Shown here: piece by piece, positions 26,470 to 40,884 of the stretch
Position numbering within the stretch: the first letter of the stretch is position 1
How the letters are laid out: the number at the start of each line of letters is the position of its first letter
Assembly (NCBI GenBank): GCA_951406725.2
Contig: OX597815.1
Span: 128,836,001-128,900,000, forward strand
Length of the DNA: 64,000 nt
Direction: 5' to 3'
Source of the DNA: Octopus vulgaris
Lineage: Eukaryota
The notes under the pieces: model-generated
What the model saw: the letters and a program-made list of their open reading frames with translations, nothing else
What the model was told of the DNA's origin: nothing
The model's database searches: none
Translations under genes and position numbers: made by a program

Positions 26470-26645
26470 AGAAATAGCAACCAAATTTACCTCAGATTAT
26501 TTGCTACCATCTTAAAGATGTAAAGAATATATTAGATAATGTAGTCCAAGATAAACTATGCCTGGAGAAAAATGTGATGGACTTGGTATTCCACTTTTGA
26601 TCATAGATCTGCTCATTTCAGACTTAGTGTTAAACAACAACAACA
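26470..26645 (+). repeat. Interspersed repeat with (CAA)n tail (copies about 20480-20690 -, 34850-35100 -, 47780-47960 +, 48380-48590 -)
   Basis: aaatagca.ccaaat..cctcaaat...attagataatgtagtcc..gata...tttgatcatag..ctgctca...taaacaacaac recurs. Confidence 0.6.
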
Positions 26646-27863
26646 AATGGGGGACAGAGAACAACTTTTAAAAGAGTAAGTCAAAAACACGGTATTTACT
26701 ATTTTCAGAATAATCAAATTATGTATTTTTCATGTAAACCAATTTCCTCCCTTGGAAACAATTTTTGTTTCATTTAATTTCTTAAAATTAAGTTGGTAGG
26801 ATTTGTTCATAAAATACAGGTATGAGTTCCATGATTTTTAGAAAATTGTATAAGGGTTCTGAAACAAAATAAGTTTGAGACTCACTACCCCAAATTATAA
26901 ATCTACCTGGTTGTAGCTAACCTGAAGCTGAATAACAGTTCAAATGAGTGCTTCCCACTGCCAGCCCTGTCAATATATACCATCCAATCTTCCTCCATAT
27001 TTCAACACCATCTCACATATGCTTTTACTCCTTTTAACACCAACCCACCTGAGACCATCTCTGGTTCTATAATACTCTTTGTTTTTAAAGTGATCAAGAT
27101 TAAAACCATCCAAGTTAATATATGACCCAAACACCAGCTTTGTAACAACAAAGTTATTTTACAAAATACCTCATTATTTTCAAAGTAAAGGTAGTATATT
27201 TCAGCAGAAATATGGTAACACAACGGTTAATGTCCAGCCACTTATTTTCTCTTTACCTTACTCTCACTCCATCTTCTGTGCAAGTTATTTCAGTGCACCC
27301 ATGGAATTATGTCTGATTCATTTCTCAATGGTATTAGTTGAGTAAGTGAAGTGTTAAATGGCTTTGGTTGGGAATTGAAACTAGTTCATAGATTCAGGGT
27401 GCCCTTTATAACTGCTCAGCTCATAATCAACAAAGCTAATGCCACTCCTTGCCACAATTATAATTACATGCCAATATCTTCTCAATTAGTTTGAAATAGG
27501 GCTCACACATTCAAGATTTTAGTTAACATCTATGCACGTCAGTTAATGGCCAACTGTTTAACAGAAAGAAATGGTTTCTTAATTAGTATTAACATAGGAA
27601 AGTCGAAACCCTATTTATGAAGTTTAAGCTTGCATATATGAAATATTGCTCCATAATGAATTAATAAGCCCTAATAGGGGAATATTTATTGATTGTTTCA
27701 TGAGAGTTCATTGCGGTCAAGGCTGACTTTGTGAATAGAAGTGGTGTAATGTTGGAATTAATGTATTACAAGAACGCTATTAAATGTTCACAATGACTTT
27801 CACTGAGTTACTTCTTTCTCCTCTTTCTCCTTCATACTTCATTATTAATGACTACTACTACTA

Positions 27864-27996
<133 letters not shown>

Positions 27997-28172
27997 AGCA
28001 GTAGCATTAGATTGGTAGAATTATTAGAGTTCTGGAAGATATTTCTTGCTGTATTTGTTCCAGCTCTTTACATCTTGAATTTAAATCTTGTTTAAGTCAA
28101 TAAAAAAAAAGTACCAAAATAGTGAGTCAATCTCTTCCCTTAAAATAGCTTGTTTTGTATATAAAACAGAAA

Positions 28173-28227
<55 letters not shown>

Positions 28228-28899
28228 CATTAGGGCAGCGAGCTGGCAGAATCGTTAGCATGCTGGATGAAATGCTTAGGGGTATTTTGCCCATCGCTAT
28301 GGTCTAAGTTCAAACCCTGCCTGGGTCAATTTTACCTTTCATCTTTGCGGGGTCAATAAATTAAGTACCAGTTGAGTACTGGTTTCAATGTAATAGACCA
28401 TCCCCTGCCCCAAATTTCAGGCCTTGTGCCTATAATAGAAAGGATTATTATTATTATTGTTCAAGTTTCACTTGAAAAAGAAATTGAGGGTGAAGAGGGA
28501 AGTGCTGTCCTTGAGTGAGTTTTTTGAAAGTTGTGAAAATATATGTAGACCTGTGAGTCAGAGAGAAAGAATTGGCGAGAGCACTTGCTCTTGATATTCA
28601 GGGAAATCTTGGACAGTGGGGTTCTTTGATTATCCCTAGAGGTCATCTTGTTTCAGGAGAGCTACATCTCTATCAGCCCCCCACACACACTTTTTTTCTT
28701 TAAACTTTTGTATACTATGTATATTTGCCTTCCTTTTCATTGTATACTGTGCATATTTACATTCCTTTTTTTGTTACTTATTTAATTATTTTATCTTTTC
28801 ATTATATAAAAACCCCAACACTTTATGTCTGTCTTTGTATTGTCCCCCACTCATCCTTCGGCAAATAAATGTAATCATTATTACTATTATTATTATTTT

Positions 28900-29900
28900 T
28901 ACAAAGCTATTAACTGCTTCTTTAGTTAGCAGAGATGTTGTCTTGAGGTCTGGTAACAACAAATCTCAATTCTCAAGGACCTTTCTTGGAATTCTTTCAG
29001 AATACAGCATAGCACTTTTCTGCAGATTGACACTATATCTTGATTCCAATACCCTTCAGTTGCAGTTTTGATGTTGTACCATGTGCACCAATCACTGCAT
29101 GAGCAACTGTCATCTTTGTACTTCACAATCCCATACTCATGTCTAGGCCCTGATATTTCTCAATTTTCTCAATTTCTTTGGTATCCGATCTATTATCATA
29201 TGGTATTACAATGTCTATGATCTTATTTTTTTTTGTCCTCTACAATCATAATGTCCTTCTTGCTTCAGTAGTATGGTTAGTCATTATGGAGAAATCTCAT
29301 AAAATCCTGTAATTATTATTCACTATTACAGCCTCTGGCTCTTGTTCATATTCTTTCCTGTCACTTTAAATTCACCCACTTAACTAACATCCCAATGCAT
29401 CTTTTACCAATGCATTCATGCCTGTGCTTATACTTCTTTTGTGCTAGCTTACTACATTCACTTGAGAGATGGTAAATACTTTCATCTCCATTCCCACAGA
29501 TTCTGCATTTGCTCTCTGACTACGTTTTATCAATCTTTGCCTTTATCAAATTCACTCTAATAGTTTGTATCTGAGTGGGTATTATTAACAATTCAGTTTT
29601 TTTAGTCCATGTGTCTATCTGTCAGACACAAGCAGCATTTTTTTACTTCCTACATCTTTGATTTGTTGCCTGAATTGGCCATGTAAATTCCTTTTCTTTC
29701 CAGTTATTTGTCCTGTTGTTCTTCCTTCTGTTTTTAAATTCAGTAACTTTTCGGATAGCTGCACATAGTTTTTTTTCCCTATATATAACATAATAGTATT
29801 ATAACATAATAGTATTATTTCTTCACTATTCTTCATCTTATTATCATTATTATTACTAGCAATGCATCTCAGTGTTGCCAGGGTGTTATGACCTACAGCC
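28900..29900 (-). mobile_element. Decayed R4/Dong-clade (restriction-like endonuclease) LINE, C-terminal part
   Basis: Minus strand reads KAKIDKT..SKCRICGNGDESIYHLSSECSKLAQKKYKHRHE (CCHC plus RHD-like), then RIL*DFSIMTNHTTEARR..IIDIVIP..KEIEKIEKYQ..IGA.GT. The 3' end abuts (TAA)n. Confidence 0.75.
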
Positions 29901-31639
29901 ACATTGTATTACTTGTTCCATTCTTATGGACAGAATCGTCAGCTGCAAGCTCCCAATGTTTCACTGTCAGCTGATGTTTTATGCATGTGTAGAATTGTAC
30001 TGAAATTGCAGGCATAAAAAATATCATCCCACCACCAGAAAACCTGACATGCTAGAAACAATAGGTAAATGATATTATTTCTGAAGAATCTTCCCTACTT
30101 TCCAAAAAGCTAAAAGCGAAACATTGGGAGTTTGTAGCTTTTTGGAATTGATGAGGTGATGGCTGGATGTTAGGGAAGGAGATTTTAGTGCTTCTTTAAG
30201 AAAAAGAAAGAAGAAAATTCTTAAAGATTCATACTCTCTGTTTTTTTCTCTGTGGATTACCAAGAAAAAAAGTTCAGCTCTGATTGTGAAGCCATGAAGA
30301 AGTGTGTACGTATATTTGTAGGGTTGATGTGCCTGAGAAGCATGTATAAAAATGTATACATAAACATTATATTAAAATAAGTAATCTTTACAGATCATGT
30401 TTGTTATTATCTATATAATTGATAACAAAGTGTGTAAAAAATTAAATGAAACCCAAGTTTAGTCATATATCGATCAAGTTAGTGAAGTTGTAATATAGTG
30501 TGTCCCTACATTATAATGAGAAATTGAAAGAGAATGATAATGCCACTCTATCAGCAGAAGCAGTGAAGTGGGAGACATAGCCTGCCAAATTAAGGGCAAA
30601 CTTCTTTAGACCTATTTATCATCCAAAAATGGCATACTTTCAGAAGTAGCCCCTAACAAATAGAGAAATGGATGCCTTTTACTGAAATTTTTTTTGGTTG
30701 TGGCTTATTTTGATACAATATTTATGTGCACATTTTTATAAATGTTTGTCTGGCTTGATCATCCCTATATAGATGTTGGTGGCTTAACAATCATGGGTGA
30801 AGTCCAAATTTGGAAGTATTGTTCAAGTTTGTCTTCTTTTGGAATGAAGAAACATATATAAAAATAACTTCTTTTGCATGCAGTGTGCACGCATGTGCAC
30901 ACACACACACACACTGCAGGTGAAACTTCTGTATGAATTATTGTTATTTGTTGCTGTGTGCACACATAAAATTACAGCTCAACTTCAATGGAAATGACTA
31001 ATTTTTATTTTGTAATTCGTGTTTGTGATGAGCATAATGAAAAACTTGATCTTCGTATATACTTAAAAGGAAATTTGTTTCAGAAATCATGTCATTTCTT
31101 CAGAAATCATGTCATTTGTTTCAGAAATTATTTTAAAAAATTTTCTGAAATAAGCCCTCAATTATCCTTCCCCAATCGCCACCACCCATCACATCCCCAC
31201 TTTCAAAAAGGTAAAAACTCAGAATGTTTTAGCTTTTTTGAAAGTGTGGAAGTTTCCTCAGAAATGGTGTCATGTAGGTATTGTTTGTATCATGTCCTGT
31301 TTTGTGGTGGTGTTTTGATATTTTTCATGTGTGCTATTTCAGTAGAATTCTACACATGCATGAAACATCAGATGAAAGTGAAATATCAGAAGCAAATTGA
31401 AATATTGCCCAAAAATGACTCAAAATTGTGCCACCCAACCTCGTTTTTGAAGTTATTTTAGTAGTAAAAAAGAGTTGTGCTGAAAATATACTTTATCTGG
31501 TAGCTGAAAGATTACTGAATCTTTTGATACCTCAAACGTCAAAATTAGCAACTCAGTTTTTGAATCCATAAGGAACATACACACATGCACACACACACAC
31601 ATACATACAAACTCTGTCTTATATATATGGATAACCTCT

Positions 31640-32045
<406 letters not shown>

Positions 32046-32782
32046 CTGGTAAGGCAGTAAATAGAAGGTTGAAATGGTAGAAGACAAGACTAAATGCCTT
32101 AAAATATCTAGTTCTGTTCTACATTCTGAGTTCAAATCATTTAATTGAGTTGGAGTATTTTTATATATATATATATAGATATAGTTCGTTACCTTTCCAA
32201 ATGCTGATCATACAATTGTGAAATAAGAATGTTACACTACTCAGCCCAAGGGTAGAACAGATGTTTAGGTTTGTATTTGAGCATATTGAACTCATCTTCA
32301 TGCGATCAATACATTAACACATTAACTTATACTGAACTCCTGTTCACATGATCAATAGACCAGTACTTTATTTTATATTGAACTTCTGTTTGTGTGTGAT
32401 CAATAGTTCAACACTTTAATTTTTTACTGGACATTGTGTTCCTTTCATGGTATTCACTTCTTTTAACTAGACATAAAACAAACTTTTGCAGAAGTAAAGC
32501 ATAGTCAATTAATACGATATCATAAGTATTACTGCTACTCATTTTTAAATAAACACAGAAGAGACAAAAGTTAAAACCCAACTGTGACAAGATTTGAATC
32601 TGAAATCAAAATTAAAGAAATGAAAATATTCCAATGCATTTGTCTGTTTCTTTATAGTTTCTGCTGCCAACTTACCAAAAGAAATTAAAATATAAAAAAA
32701 CCACAACATAAATCAAACAAGTGAATTAATAAATACATCAAGCTATTGATATTTATGATGAAGAATTATTCCTTCCACTTAC

Positions 32783-32950
32783 CAATTCTTGAAAGTCTAT
32801 GAGATACTTCTTCTTTTTCTGGTTCCTCTGTAGTGATGGAAAGTTTATCCTGAGAACCTTTCTTTTTATTTTCTTTACCTTTTTTCTTTGACTTTGGTGA
32901 CTTTTGATCACTTGGTTTACGTTTCAGCCATGCCTTCTTTCTTAAACTTC
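32783..32950 (-). CDS. 168-nt internal coding exon, Lys-rich (GSLRKKAWLKRKPSDQKSPKSKKKGKENKKKGSQDKLSITTEEPEKEEVSHRLSRI)
   Basis: Acceptor tttatatataacag, donor TTG|gtaagt, phase 1-1, open frame. Overlaps the track ORF 32766-33068. Confidence 0.85.
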
Positions 32951-33027
32951 CTGTTATATAAATAAACAAATGATTAATATCACTAATCAATGAAGGATGC
33001 AAAATAATGATTGATATTGTTTGATGA

Positions 33028-33250
33028 ACTATACTCATAAGACTTTTGATACTTGGACATAAATTCAAACCTCATTGACTGTTACCTCATCTATATTCAT
33101 TAGAAATTTTGATGCCTTACATAGCCTTAAATCTCACTGACTACTAAGTCATTTATACTCATTAGATCTTTGTTACTTCACTCAGGCTCAGATCTCACTG
33201 ACTATCAAATCGTCTATATTCATTAAGCCTTTGATACCTTATATAGGCTC
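33028..33250. repeat. Degenerate minisatellite, about 61-bp unit, about 3.5 copies
   Basis: ctca(c/t)tgact....tatattcatta..tttgata recurs with about 61-bp spacing. Confidence 0.7.
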
Positions 33251-34039
33251 AGTCTTTCAGATATATAGGTAGAGGGGAAGTACAAAAGTATAAAGTTCAA
33301 GCCTTACTCAAAATTTTTAACAAAGTGAAATAAATACAACTGAGAATTGAAATCTGGTCATGGATTTGAGCTTGGGAACATGAGTTTTACTTTATAACAC
33401 TCTCCAAATCAGAAAAGTTATTGAAAAGCAACACTGCCATTTTTACCATTATTTGAAATAGTGGCATATTGAACACACTGAATTCTGAATTTGAAGAGTG
33501 AATGAAGAACTCTGTGAAGTTTGGTGGTGTTATTGTTGCTACTCTTGGATATGTTTATCTTGATCAGATTTGCTTGAACAGACCTCAGGGACAAAAGTAT
33601 TCAATCTAATTTGACCAGTGCTTCCATCCATTGTTGGACCTGAACTCAGAATGAAACTAAATAATTTAAGATCTTTTTGTCAGGAAGGAGGGTAGTGCCT
33701 ATCACCTTTCATTTTATCAGGGCTTCCAAGACTGAAGAAGTAGTGGGTCAAAGACATCCACAAGTCAGAAATATGGCTCAGATGTTTGCAACTGAATGGA
33801 CTCCACTAAAGGCACCCAAGAGCCAATTAGTGATGTTAAAATGGGTAGCAAAGTAAATCTATCATCCAAGAAGAGGCACAGCAGGATTTGAACTCAGAAC
33901 ACTAGGGTCAAGAACAAATACCACAATGCTCTTAGGATTCCACCAATTAAACATCCAAGATTGTATATTGTTGTATTGACCCTAGAAATATGGGAGACAA
34001 AATTGATCTCAACAGGGTTTGAAATCAAATCCACTACTA

Positions 34040-34400
34040 TTATATGGGATAGCACTCCCACTACACACACTGACATCCTGGCTTGCATCCAGAGAAGGGC
34101 CACCTGGCTGATTAATACTTCATCACTAATGGATACTCTCCACCTTCTGGCCCACATGCATGCTGTTTTCTCTCTGTCTTTTCAAGCAATACTATAATGG
34201 CCTCTGCTTCTCAAAGCTGGCTGGTCTCATATCTCCACCATTCAAGGACACCCAACCTACTCATCATCCTTCATGCATCCCATACTATTCATTATGCCCA
34301 ATCCTTCTTCCTTAGAACATTGGTCCTCTGGCATCTCCTCTTCCTTCATGTCATTCCTGCAGATGTTGACCTGCATAAACAGCATCCATCTGACCAGTCT
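34040..34400 (+). mobile_element. CR1/L2-superclade LINE ORF2 C-terminal fragment
   Basis: IWDSTPTTHTDILACIQRRATWLINTSSLMDTLHLLAHMHAVFSLS..YYNGLCFSKLAGLISPP resembles the conserved IW..LDxIQRRA..LxxLxHRR..SLxxFYxYY C-terminus. Confidence 0.7.
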
Positions 34401-35883
34401 CAGAGGGCCTGTAAGGGTCTTAGACTCTGTCCCTTCATCCAAAGTCAGCAAGTATAAAAAACAACAACAAAACTAATTCTAAAGTATTCCATCTGAAATC
34501 CTAACGGTTCCACAAACCTAATACCCTAGGTTGGTACTTTATTTTATTGACACCAGAGGTGAGATTTGAACTGATACTGTAAAGAGCCATAATAGATGTT
34601 GTAAGACACTTTCAATCCTGGTAATTTACTGCCTATATTTAGCTCAGTGTTTTAATGTTTTTACAACTTCATGGCCTTTGTTGGTTATACTGGCCAAGAT
34701 CAGAATAAAATAACATTAGTCATTCAGTTAATGTTTTCTTCTCATCACCACATAAGTATTTCTTAATTAATTAGTTTTATTTTACCTTCACTACTCTAAG
34801 TATGATGTCATTAACTTGACAATTGTTTTATCATTTTTAATTAGTTCCAAGTCAACCTACATTGATCAAGCAGATCTATAACCAAAGGCATTCTCTTTTG
34901 TCTGGCATTAAAACATTATCACTAAGTCAACCTACACTGATCAAGCAGTTGTATAATTAAAGACATTCCAACCATATCTATCTTGTCTTTTGCTCAGACA
35001 TAATTTACCCAAAACTACTTTACCAAATTAAAAATCCCATCAACTCTTTTATAAGATTATTGGGTATAATTTGAGGGATATTTAACTATTAGTTTTAGCA
35101 TGGTGAGCAACTTGCAGTGAAGTTAAGTCTTTAGCTTGAAACTACCAACAATGTCTTGGATTCTGGTCCACTGTGCAGCACCTTCATCAAGTGGTTTCTA
35201 CTATATCCTTACTCCCTTGTGAGTAGATTCAGTAGATGGAAACTGAAAGAAGTCCACCACATATGTATAAGTGTGTGTGTGTGTGTGTGTGTGCTTATGC
35301 TTGTGTATGGTTTATATGCATGTGTGTGTTTTATGCATGCATGTATGGTCTTGGGAAATATTACCTGGCATGGAAACACATGAGGTTTGGTGACATGAAA
35401 GGGTATCTGGCCATAAAAATTCCACCTAATTGAATTCCATTTGATCAAAGCAGCTATGTTAAATGATGATGATGATGAGGAGGAGGAGGAGGGGAAGCGG
35501 AGAAGTTGGAGGTGGAGGAGGAGGAGCTCCTCTTGCTGTAGTTCTCTGACAAATGAAATCTATCAGTAATGGAGGAAATTTTTGCCCTAGATATAAACTA
35601 AATACAGACAAAATGTGATTCCACAATTGAAAATACAATATTTGTTTGCCTGTGTCACTGCTATAACTGTTACATGAGTACTGGAGGGTCAAGTGTTTCT
35701 CTTCAACTCCCTTACACTTAAGTGATGATACTTTCAAAATTTAATAACAATAGGTTATAACTACAACAGCTAGATGACCTTGGGGAGGTTGGGATAGAAG
35801 AAAGCTACTCTCTTGAATGTTGCTGAGTAGGTAGGTAGATGGTAGCAGGGGAAGCCTGACCACAGGAAGGTTGTCACCCTCGG

Positions 35884-35914
<31 letters not shown>

Positions 35915-36053
35915 TGTCTGGCATTAAAACACTATCACTAACACCACCCTAATGATGATGAGCATACTACTGCTGCTGTTGTTACTTCTGCCTCTTCTTT
36001 TCCCCTCCTCCTACTACTACTACTATTACTACTACTACTAATAACAATAATGG

Positions 36054-36135
<82 letters not shown>

Positions 36136-36219
36136 AATAATAATAATAATAATAATCAACTAGCAATAACCATGCCTCGGATTTACCTCATTGGCCATGG
36201 TACCGCCTCTGCGCAAAGC

Positions 36220-36277
<58 letters not shown>

Positions 36278-36284
36278 TTTGTGT

Positions 36285-36733
36285 TATCATGTACATGTTT
36301 TGTATAAAAGATGGGTTACAGCAAATATTCTGCTTAACACCACAGATTTGCTTGTCAATTGCTTGATCTTAACTAGTTGACCATGTCTCTTGGTGCATCT
36401 CTGATCACAAGCAGAGCATCACAGCCTTGCGATGAGAGGAATTCTTTGTGGTCTGAATAATTCACCTCTGGAAACATAGGTGTTTCGTTCAACATCCTTA
36501 AACAAACCTTATTCAGGGACCTTTTGAGTGGGATGGGCTACTCAACCTGCAGAAAATTCTAACATGTGCTGTTTGTCTTGATATGAGATCACCATGTCGT
36601 GCACATTTGGTTGTGATGCATGTGCCTGGTGTACCATTATCAGATGGGTAGTCATGATGGGTATACTGGGCTTTGTATATTTTACCCCAGTGTCACATTG
36701 ATGGCATGCATTGCCCTCTCATGCAATAATAAC
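36285..36733 (+). mobile_element. Interspersed repeat, probably a LINE 3' UTR embedded in (AAT)n; partial copy 37350-37450
   Basis: gtgcctggtgtacc.ttatca..tgggtagt..ctgggctttgtatat..accccag..gatggcatg is shared by two loci, with an (aat)n tail. Confidence 0.5.
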
Positions 36734-36749
36734 AATGATTTCTTTATTA

Positions 36750-37330
36750 ACCACAAAGGATTTACATTAAGAAAAACATTATAGACAGTACAGGACAAAA
36801 ACAAAGAATGTGTGTATATGTCTGTGAGTGTGTGTTGTGAGGATTTTATTTGTACACAAGATTAACATAATGGAACAAAAAGAAAGGAAGAAAAAATTCA
36901 GCAATGTGAAATCCTCAATAAGGAGGAGATGTTCAAGAGCTGTTCATGGAAAAACCCCATGAAAACACATGGGCACCCTGACTTTTGGAGCAGGTGCCAT
37001 TTTTATCTTTCCTTTTCTCCAACTACAGGCATATGATAAGGGCAGGCCTGTTCATTTGCACCATTCTCACCACTTTCATTCACCTTTTAGCAAACTGGCA
37101 AGAAGACAATACTTCCCTCTCTACTCTTATTTTCCTCTTCAAGTTTCACTTGAAGAGGTTGACCAGGGATTGGCCAAAGAGAAAAGTGTTTGTCTTCAAC
37201 CTCTTTAGTCTTGTCCACCATACAATGTCTTTCACCAAGCTGCCCTTTGGGATTAAAGGAAGGCAGTGGGGTGATCTTCATGATGGATTTGGTTAACAAC
37301 CAGATCCATCCGACATGTGACATCACGTTT
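36750..37330 (-). mobile_element. Non-LTR retrotransposon 3' fragment (probably L1/Tx1-like); second copy at 28460-28870 (+)
   Basis: Minus strand reads W.RLKRLKTNTFLFGQSLVNLFK.NLKRKIRVEREVLS followed by a 3' UTR. A similar string (ttcaagtttcacttgaaaaagaaattgagggtgaagagggaagtgctgtc) occurs at 28460. The clade is inferred. Confidence 0.45.
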
Positions 37331-37638
37331 TTGATAATAATAACAATAATGATGCAGGTGCCTGTTGTACCCTTATCACATGGGTAGTACTTTGGGCTTT
37401 GTATATGTGTACCCCAGTTTCACTTTGATGGCATGTGCTGCTCTCTCACTAAAACCTGATATTTTGGGGACTAGTTGATTACATTAACCCCAGTGCGTAA
37501 CTGGTACTTATTTTCTTGACCCTGAAAGGATGAAAGGCAAAGTAAAGCTTGACAGAATTTGAACTTAGAGCATTAAGTCAAAAGAAATGCTACTAAGTAT
37601 TTTGTTCAATCTGCTAAAGATTCTGCCATTTTACCACC

Positions 37639-37694
<56 letters not shown>

Positions 37695-38457
37695 CATCAT
37701 CATCATCATCATCATCATTTAGTATCTGCTTTCCTTACTGGCATGGGTTAGGCAGGTTGACTGAGATTGATAAGCCAGAGAGCAGTACCAGGCCTCAGTC
37801 TGATTTGGCTTGGTTTCTATGGCTAGATGCCCTTTCCCAACACCAACCACTCCAAGGGCATAGTGGATACCTTTTACATGTCACTGGCACGGCCACCTTT
37901 TATGTGTCACTGGCATTGGCCATGATTACGATTTCACTTGGCTTGACATGTCTTCTCAAGCACAACAAATCGCCAAAGCATAGAAACATAATGATTCTTT
38001 CTAATTTTGGCACAAGGCCAGCAATTTTGAGAGTTGAGGACAAGGGGATTACATTGACCTTAGTGCTTGACTGGTACTTTTATTTTATTAACCTCAAAAG
38101 GATTAAAGGCAAAGCTGACCTCAGCAGGATTTGCACACAGAATGTAAAGAGCAGGCAGAAATGCCATGATGCATTTTATCCAACATGCTTACGACCCTGA
38201 CAGCACACCATCTAATATTATTTATAATTGCATCAGATTTTGGTATATGGCCAGCACTTCTAAGGGAAGATGGTTAGTTGACTACATCAATTCACAGTGC
38301 TTAACTGGTTCTTTATATTATGGACCCTAGAACGTTGAAAGGCAAAGGCAATGTTGGTAGGATTCAAACTCAGACTATAAAGGGTTGCGACCAAATAAGG
38401 CAGGGGCTTTTTTTCTGAAGCTCTGCCGATTTTTTTGTGCCCTCCACAAAGCCATAC

Positions 38458-38556
38458 CTGTTTTATCTATGTCTTTTATTTCCTCTTCTTTTTCCTTCTC
38501 ATTGACTTCTTTGGTTCCATTCTTCTCTGTCTGCTGATTTACTTCAGTGGAAGCAC
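38458..38556 (-). CDS. 99-nt internal coding exon (GASTEVNQQTEKNGTKEVNEKEKEEEIKDIDKT)
   Basis: Acceptor ttctttcttttcaattttcag, donor CAG|gtatg, phase 1-1. In frame with the 32950 exon. Confidence 0.82.
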
Positions 38557-38704
38557 CTGAAAATTGAAAAGAAAGAATTTTAGTATAAAATCACAGAATA
38601 AACTCTGAAATTTATTTTTAAAAAAATAAAATAAAAAATAAGCAAATAAGCACAAGGAAATAGACTATAACAATGATAACAACAGGAGCAATGATGCAAT
38701 GCAG

Positions 38705-39490
38705 CATCCATGACTTTCAGAAACATTTTTTTTATGCTTAGAATTGCCAAAGCATGTGGGGAAAAATTACCTGTATCTGTTTTTAGCTGTCAGAACATGT
38801 ATTCTTTAAAAATTCCGTACTTACTCAAATTTGCTAATACTACTCCTCATATGCCTCTGCACTCTTTCCCATTTATGGCTCTTTTATCGTTCACTTTTCT
38901 GTCTTTATGTGCTTTACCCTCTTTTACCCTTTTACTTGTTTCAGTCATTTGACTGTAGCCATGCTGGAGCACCACCTTTAGTCGAGCACATCGACCCCCA
39001 GGACTTATTCTTTGTAAGCCTAGTACTTATTCTATCGGTGCTCTTTTGCCGAACTGCTAAGTTACGGGGACGTAAACATACCTAGCATCAGTTGTCAAGT
39101 GATGTTGGGGGGGACACAGACACACACACACACATACACACACACACACACACACATATATATATGTATATATGATGGGTTTCTTTCAGTTTCCTTCTAC
39201 CAAATCCACTCACAAGGCTTTGGTCAGCCTGAGGCTATAGTAGAAGACACTTGCCCAAGGTGCTATGCAGTGGGACTGAACCTGGAACCATGTGGTTGGT
39301 AAGCAAGCTACTTACCACACAGTCACTCCTGCGCCTATATACTATATACCCTGTGTACCATGCAATGAACTTTTGCTTATCATTGCTGTCTTTCATTGAT
39401 TAATTGCTGCTTTCTGTCTCCTCTTTTACCCTTTCCCAATGAGTGATAGTGAATCTGAGTACTGTATACAATAAGCTCATCATTATTATT
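38705..39490 (+). mobile_element. CR1-like LINE 3' fragment interrupted by a SINE
   Basis: catgactttcagaaacatttttt...aaattacctgtatc and ...ctgagtactgtatacaata match the other copies. It is split by the SINE at 38913-39335. Confidence 0.5.
38913..39335 (-). mobile_element. SINE family A, full length
   Basis: Reverse complement of the family A head, core and tail. Confidence 0.85.
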
Positions 39491-40262
39491 ATAAGTCTTT
39501 TCATCATTCCTCTGTGAAATCTTCTGATTTTATCTATTCTAGATTTTTCTTTTCCTTCATCAATCAACCCTTTCACACTGAATGAATTACTTCCTTCAAT
39601 GAAGGTAGTATTAACAAGGGAATTTCTACATAATCATTTAAGCCTGTTTAGTGTAGCAGTGAAATCTCAATTCAATAATCCCCATCTTCCTGATATCTTT
39701 AAAATGAGAACCACATGTTTGAAAATCTCAGAAATTAGGACATGTTCATGGATAAAGTTGGAATGGTCTTGATTAGAAAAGTTCTCAGATGTTTTGTTCC
39801 ATTGGCTACACCATCAAGCTGTAATTCTGAACAGGATCAGCATTATCATCCTACCATTACACTCTCCCTCTTCCACCACCATTTATTACATAGGCACAAA
39901 GCCATGAATTTGAACATAGTAAACTGAAGGAGTATACCAAACTGATTTGACTCAAATACATGAATGTATATGGCTTAGTGGTCAGGATTTTGGACTCACA
40001 ATCACAAGATTGTGGGTTCAGTTCTTGGATTGGGCAGTGTGTCTTGTCCCTGAACAAGGCACTTCCTTTCATGTTACTCCAATACAGTCATTTGAAAATG
40101 TGTACCTGCCTAATGCAAGTGCAGCCCTCTTTCCCAGTAGTTGTTACATCTTGGATGTGCAGCTGGATCAAATGGTGGGAGAGTTGAAACAATGCCTATG
40201 TTTGCTTATGACTACATAGGCATTTAAATCAATTAGCAAAAGTTTGGTATATATACAGGCCA

Positions 40263-40482
40263 TACAGGATGGCCCAAAAGTAGGTTTACAATTATTCAAC
40301 TATCTCTTTCACCACATTCATATGTTAACAGTTTAGATCTTAATTATAAAAAAAATATGAAACGATCATTCTATGCTAATTTAGTTAATTGTAAGATAGA
40401 AATTTGAATGTAATTAAATGTTTTAAATGAAATTTAAAGTGCCTATGTGATAACTGAAGGACTACTTTTGGGCCATCTTGTA
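40263..40482. mobile_element. Tc1/mariner-type MITE
   Basis: TA-caggatggcccaaaagtag ... ctacttttgggccatcttg-TA: a 19-bp TIR with one mismatch and TA flanks. Confidence 0.75.
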
Positions 40483-40884
40483 TGCTACCAGGTCATACTT
40501 GTTAATAAATAACAGTTATGGTTTGGACATAACTACTTGCTTTCTTGAGTCTGAAAGGAGGAAATGAAAATAAAAAAAAAACTGTCCATGGTACAATTTG
40601 ATAAAATCAAATACCACCAGGTATATTAACTAATATTTTCATTTCCTGCTTAAATACAAGGTCTTTGATTTATAGGGTACAAGAGAAATGGGACTACAGG
40701 ATAGCTGTGCTCTAATTGATCAATATTTTTTGGGGGGTCAGACTCAATACAACATTTTAAGGGGGCAGGGTACATTCAACCAAATCAAAACCCATGTGTG
40801 TGTGTGTGCATGCGTGTGTGTGTGTGTATGTGTGTGTGTGTGTGCGCGCATGCCAGTGTGTGCCAGTGCCTGTGTGTGTACACA

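Noticed and set aside
30081-30135. ctgaaga...gcgaaac string
   Set aside because: No helix II or helix I pairing, so it is a chance match.
30960-31635. ORF 30988-31461 and a possible Helitron-like non-autonomous element
   Set aside because: The ORF has no recognisable motif. The 3' microsatellite and end only loosely resemble Helitron-like elements, and the termini cannot be defined.
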